Source: a virus
Lineage: Duplodnaviria; Caudoviricetes
Virus record (IMG/VR): IMGVR_UViG_3300008085_000050
Coordinates: 1-46,426 of that record
Length of the DNA stretch: 46,426 nucleotides
Direction: 5' to 3' (one strand)
The notes beneath the pieces are model-generated. The model did not search any database, was not told the DNA's origin, and worked only from the letters and a program-made list of their open reading frames with translations. Shown in pieces: positions 42,177 through 46,426 of the stretch; position 1 is the stretch's first letter, and each line of letters starts with the position of its first letter. Both the position numbers and the translations under genes were made by a program.

Positions 42177-45100
42177 ATGGACAAACAGCAGGTAATCGAC
42201 CGCATAAAAGACGACATTTACGAAGTAATCAGTCATTTTACCGAGTTAAAGCGCGAGGGGCACCGTTACAAGGGCTGCTGCCCGTTGCACGGCGAAAAAA
42301 CTCCGTCGTTTTACGTTACCCCCAGCATGGGTATTTTCAAGTGCTTTGGCTGCGGCGAGGGCGGCGATGCCATAACGTTTATTCAGAAACACGAGAATGT
42401 AGATTTTAACGACGCCATTGAAATTGGCGCCAAAAAACTGAACCTCGACTACAACAAGCACGAAGCCAAAAACTTCAACCGCGAGCAGTACCAGCACGAA
42501 GAGGCGCTGCGCATTGCCTGCGGTAAGGCGGCAGAGTTTTTTAAAGCCGAGCTCAAAAAAGATGTGGCTGCCTCCACCTATGTTATCAACCGCGGTTTTT
42601 CCATCAGCGACGACGACCAGTTTATGATTGGCCTGGCGCCCGAAGGCAATAAGCTGATGGAGTGGGCAAAAGCCAGCAGCATCAACCGCAACCTGCTCAT
42701 TGAGGCCGACCTCATAAAAAGCAAGGAAGGCCGCGAGTACGACACGTTCCGCAACCGGCTGATGTTCCCCATCTGCAACAAAAGCGGGGCGGTAATTGGT
42801 TTTACGGGCCGCACCCTGGGCGCCGACCCCAAAGTGGCCAAGTACCTGAACACCGGCTACACTCCAATTTTTACCAAAGGCAACGAGCTGTACGCCTTAA
42901 ACATTGCCCGCCATGCCATCAGGCGGTACGACAGGGCTTACCTTGCCGAAGGACCCACCGACGTAATGCGAATGCACAGCATTGGTATCGACAACACAGT
43001 GGCCCCGTGCGGAACAGCCCTCACCGAGCAACAGGCCAAACTGCTGAAAAACTATACCAACAAAGTTACCCTGGTGTACGATGGCGACACTGCCGGGCGC
43101 AAAGCAGTTTCGCGCAATGCTGAAATACTTATCAGGGAGCAGTTTCATGTGTCGGTAATTATGCTGGGCGATGGCGAAGATCCCGACACTGTTTTTCTGA
43201 GCCACGATATTTTTGAGGAGTACAACGATAAGTCGGAAGATTTCATTTTGTACAAGGTGCAGCAGGAGCAGAAGAGGACCAAAAACCCGGTGTACAAAAG
43301 CGAGCTGATAAAAGAAACAGCCTACCTGATATCGTGCTACGACGAGCCTACAAAGCAGGAAGTTTACATCGATGCCGTGAGCGCCTACATAAAACCAAAA
43401 AAGGCGTGGCAGGACGAAATGAAAACCCTTGTGGCCGACAAAGCCCCGGTTGAAAAACGGAGCCTGATACCACAGGGCATGAACACCGAAGATTTTCTGG
43501 AATGGGGTTTCAGCGCGGCCAGTAACTGCTATTATTTTCAGGACAACAAAATGAAGGCCGTTAAACGCAGCAATTTTGTAATGTCGCCACTGTTCCACAT
43601 CGAGAGCACGGTAAACGCCAAACGCCTTTTCGAGGTAAAAAACGCACATGGAATTGTGCGGGTGGTGGAGATTTCGCAGAAAGACCTGGTGAGCATATCG
43701 GCATTTAAAGTGCGCATTGAAAGCCTGGGCAACTTTTTATGGACCGGGACCGAGCAGGATTTAAACACACTGAAAAGCTGGCTGTACGAAAAGACCGAGA
43801 GCTGCAAGGAAATTACACAGATGGGCTGGCAGAAAGACGGCTTTTTTGCCTGGGGAAACGGCATTTACAACGGCAAATTTACCGATGTAGATAAATACGG
43901 CATCGTGCGGCACGGCGAGCACAACTACTACATCCCGGCAAAATCGACCATTTACCAGGGCGAAGAGAACCTGTACGAGTTCGAGCGGAAATTCATCCAC
44001 ATGGAAGGCAACATCACGCTGCGCGAGTACGTGAAAAAGTTTACCCGCGTGTATGGCAGCAACGGTAAAATTGCGCTTTGCTTTTACTTTGCCAGCCTTT
44101 TCAGGGATATCATTATTAAGCGTTTCGACAAATACCCCATCATGAATTTATTTGGCCCCAAGGGAGCCGGTAAAAATGCGTGTGCCGAAAGTTTACTTCA
44201 CTTTTTTGGCCTTCGCCCCAAAGTGCCCAACCTGCACAACACCAGCAAACCGGCGCTTGCCGACCATGTGGCCACCACCGCCAACGCAATTTGTGTGCTC
44301 GACGAGTACCGCAATGATTTGGAGATGGAAAAACGCGAGTTCCTGAAGGGTTTATGGGACGGAACCGGGCGCACCCGCATGAACATGGACAAAGACAAAA
44401 AGAAGGAAACCACCAGCGTTGACCAGGCGGTTATTGTGTGCGGCCAGCAAATGGCCACCGCCGACATTGCCCTGTTCAGCCGGTTTATTGTGCTCAGCTT
44501 TACCCAAACCGAATATACCGACGAGGAGAAGCGCAATTTTGAGGAACTGGAAGAGATAAACAAACGCGGCCTTACCCACCTTACCCACCAGGTATTAAAA
44601 CACCGTGGTTATTTTGCCGAGCATTACCGACAACATGTGGAGCAAACCGCCGAAGATTTTAAGCAGGCGCTCGATGGCGCAGTGGTTGAGACCCGCATAT
44701 TCAACAACTGGCTCAGCATTATGGCAGCATACTCAACCATCGAAGAAGAACTGGAGCTGCCGTGGGACCGCACCGAAACCATCAACCTGGCCGTGAAACT
44801 GATGCTTACCCAAAACAGCGAAACCAAAAAGAACGACGACCTTGGCTCGTTCTGGAAAAGCGTTCAGTACATGGTGGCCAGCAACATACTTATTGATGGC
44901 GGCGACTACAAAACCGCGTTTACCAATAAGGTAAACTGGCGCAAAGGCAACAAAGCCGGCGAAGTGGAAGCAGTGAAATGGATCGACGGCAAAAACGTGT
45001 TCTGGCTCAACATGCAGCGCGTGTTTAACCTGTACAAAAACCAGGTACTGCGCGAGGGAGACAAACCGCTTCCTGAAAGCACTGTGGAATATTACCTAAA

Positions 45101-45389
45101 AAATTCGAAGGCATTCCTGTTCGAAACAAAAAAGGAGAGCTTTAAAAAGATAGACCCGAAAACCGGCCTGCAGGAGGTGCACACCGAAACCGACAAGGAC
45201 GGGTTTAAAATTGAGCGCAAGATGCGCACCAGCACCACGGCCCTTGTTTTCGACATGGAGCACCTGAACCTGAACATTGCTGTTGATACGGAAGAAGAAG
45301 AGAGCCCCACCCCGGCCATCCCCGGAGTGGAGGGGGAAAGAAAGCCGGAGAAAGTGAGTGATGAAAGACAGGCGGATTTGCCGTTTTAA
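42177..45389 (+). CDS. DnaG-type primase fused to a P-loop helicase/ATPase domain
   Basis: CHC2 Zn finger (CPLHGEKTPSF...CFGC), FRNRLMFPI, Toprim (EGPTD, YDGDTAG, DPD), Walker A GPKGAGKN and Walker B VLDEY. Ends in ADLPF. Confidence 0.9.
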   Translation: MDKQQVIDRIKDDIYEVISHFTELKREGHRYKGCCPLHGEKTPSFYVTPSMGIFKCFGCGEGGDAITFIQKHENVDFNDAIEIGAKKLNLDYNKHEAKNFNREQYQHEEALRIACGKAAEFFKAELKKDVAASTYVINRGFSISDDDQFMIGLAPEGNKLMEWAKASSINRNLLIEADLIKSKEGREYDTFRNRLMFPICNKSGAVIGFTGRTLGADPKVAKYLNTGYTPIFTKGNELYALNIARHAIRRYDRAYLAEGPTDVMRMHSIGIDNTVAPCGTALTEQQAKLLKNYTNKVTLVYDGDTAGRKAVSRNAEILIREQFHVSVIMLGDGEDPDTVFLSHDIFEEYNDKSEDFILYKVQQEQKRTKNPVYKSELIKETAYLISCYDEPTKQEVYIDAVSAYIKPKKAWQDEMKTLVADKAPVEKRSLIPQGMNTEDFLEWGFSAASNCYYFQDNKMKAVKRSNFVMSPLFHIESTVNAKRLFEVKNAHGIVRVVEISQKDLVSISAFKVRIESLGNFLWTGTEQDLNTLKSWLYEKTESCKEITQMGWQKDGFFAWGNGIYNGKFTDVDKYGIVRHGEHNYYIPAKSTIYQGEENLYEFERKFIHMEGNITLREYVKKFTRVYGSNGKIALCFYFASLFRDIIIKRFDKYPIMNLFGPKGAGKNACAESLLHFFGLRPKVPNLHNTSKPALADHVATTANAICVLDEYRNDLEMEKREFLKGLWDGTGRTRMNMDKDKKKETTSVDQAVIVCGQQMATADIALFSRFIVLSFTQTEYTDEEKRNFEELEEINKRGLTHLTHQVLKHRGYFAEHYRQHVEQTAEDFKQALDGAVVETRIFNNWLSIMAAYSTIEEELELPWDRTETINLAVKLMLTQNSETKKNDDLGSFWKSVQYMVASNILIDGGDYKTAFTNKVNWRKGNKAGEVEAVKWIDGKNVFWLNMQRVFNLYKNQVLREGDKPLPESTVEYYLKNSKAFLFETKKESFKKIDPKTGLQEVHTETDKDGFKIERKMRTSTTALVFDMEHLNLNIAVDTEEEESPTPAIPGVEGERKPEKVSDERQADLPF

Positions 45390-45432
45390 TGGTGCTAACG
45401 GTTTTTATTAATAATTTTTAAAAAACAACTAT

Positions 45433-46089
45433 ATGGGATTAAATTCGAGTAAAGGAAATATGTATGAGTTCATAACTCACACATGGAACACAATTAAAGG
45501 CGAATGTTTCCACGATTGCAGTTATTGCTATATGAAACGATGGGGCAAATTAAAACCTGTACGATTTGATGAAAAGGAATTGAAAACAGACTTAGGAACT
45601 GGAAACTTTATTTTTGTTGGTTCAAGTTGCGATATGTTTGCGGAAAACATTCCTGATGAATGGATAAGTAAAACTTTGGAACATTGCCAAAAGTTCGATA
45701 ACAAATACCTATTTCAGACCAAGAACCCAAAACGAATATTAAATTTTAAATTGCCTAAATCGGTTATTTGCACAACCATTGAAAGTGATATGTTTTACAG
45801 TGAAATAATGGTAAACAGCCCGAAACCTTATGACCGTGCAAAATATATGAAGATGCTTTCGGATTGTGGATTTGAAACATTTGTAACCATTGAACCGATT
45901 TTAGATTTTAATTTAAACACAATGGTTGACTTACTAAAACAATGCAATCCTGAACAGGTGAACATTGGAGCTGATAGTGGACGAAATGACCTACCTGAAC
46001 CGAGTAAAGAAAAGGTTTTACAATTGGTTTCGGAGTTGCAAAAGTTCACTATTATTCACAACAAATCAAACTTGCAGAGGCTTCTTTAA
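45433..46089 (+). CDS. DUF5131 (phage Gp37/Gp68, radical-SAM-like) protein
   Basis: TWNTIKGECFHDCSYCY (CxxxCxxC), FVGSSCDMF, FQTKNP, TIEP. Confidence 0.8.
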   Translation: MGLNSSKGNMYEFITHTWNTIKGECFHDCSYCYMKRWGKLKPVRFDEKELKTDLGTGNFIFVGSSCDMFAENIPDEWISKTLEHCQKFDNKYLFQTKNPKRILNFKLPKSVICTTIESDMFYSEIMVNSPKPYDRAKYMKMLSDCGFETFVTIEPILDFNLNTMVDLLKQCNPEQVNIGADSGRNDLPEPSKEKVLQLVSELQKFTIIHNKSNLQRLL

Positions 46090-46095
46090 GCTGTT

Positions 46096-46224
46096 GCATA
46101 ACGGCATGGTATATAAAATCGGTGGTGATTGATTGCAGGACTTTTCGCAACCGTTGAACTTTCAAAACTGCACAGTGGTTAAATATGACACCTTAACGCC
46201 ACTGAATTATATACATTGTTAGGG
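46096..46224 (+). other. attC-like imperfect inverted repeat
   Basis: GCATAAC (R''-like) to GTTAGGG (R'-like), 129 bp. Inner GTATATAA/TTATATAC and CGGTGGTG/CGCCACTG stems. Confidence 0.5.
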
Positions 46225-46236
46225 TGCGTTATTATT

Positions 46237-46426
46237 ATGAAATACAAAGTATCGTCAGCGTGGGCGGGCAAATACGCCAAAACAAAACACGGATTAACTA
46301 ACTCATTTACACTTGCTGTATGGTGGTGGATTAGCTGGACGTTTGTAGAATTTATTAGAGTTCTTAAACTTAATAAATACCATTACGGTAATATTTTTGC
46401 GTGCGGGAGGAAATTAACCGATGAAT
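46237..46426 (+). CDS. Partial hypothetical protein (runs off the window)
   Basis: ATG at 46237, open to the end: MKYKVSSAWAGKYAKTKHGLTNSFTLAVWWWISW... Confidence 0.45.
   Translation, partial: MKYKVSSAWAGKYAKTKHGLTNSFTLAVWWWISWTFVEFIRVLKLNKYHYGNIFACGRKLTDE

Noticed and set aside
1-46426. Additional VR copies, rRNA genes, IS transposases, cas genes
   Set aside because: None seen by eye. A second, more diverged VR cannot be excluded without a BLASTN of the TR against the full genome.

Overview
This window looks like most of a temperate, tailed phage or phage-like element from a Bacteroidota host (inferred from TAnnTTTG-type promoter elements and Bacteroidetes-type integrase, primase and repeats). 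In order it holds: (1) a repeat-structured early or anti-defence cassette array (SSB-tail protein, acidic Zn-finger protein, SymE-like toxin, ArdC, truncated N6-methylase), each cassette behind a recurring hairpin leader; (2) an operon ending in SNF2-like helicase, PAPS-reductase/DUF3440, ParB-like and XRE-HTH genes; (3) tape measure, tail and tail-fibre genes, a BspA-like LRR protein and a lysis cassette; (4) a diversity-generating retroelement (DGR) with a 114-bp VR/TR pair differing almost only at TR adenines, no recognisable avd, and an RT carrying an extra ~100-aa C-terminal domain; (5) portal and head-tail genes; (6) a tyrosine integrase with an apparently intact attP (tRNA 3'-end core, terminator, arm repeats), a repressor flanked by paired operators, and early genes; (7) a primase-helicase, a DUF5131 gene and an attC-like hairpin. 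I recognised no major capsid, terminase or major tail gene. All protein family calls come from reading motifs by eye, not from database searches.
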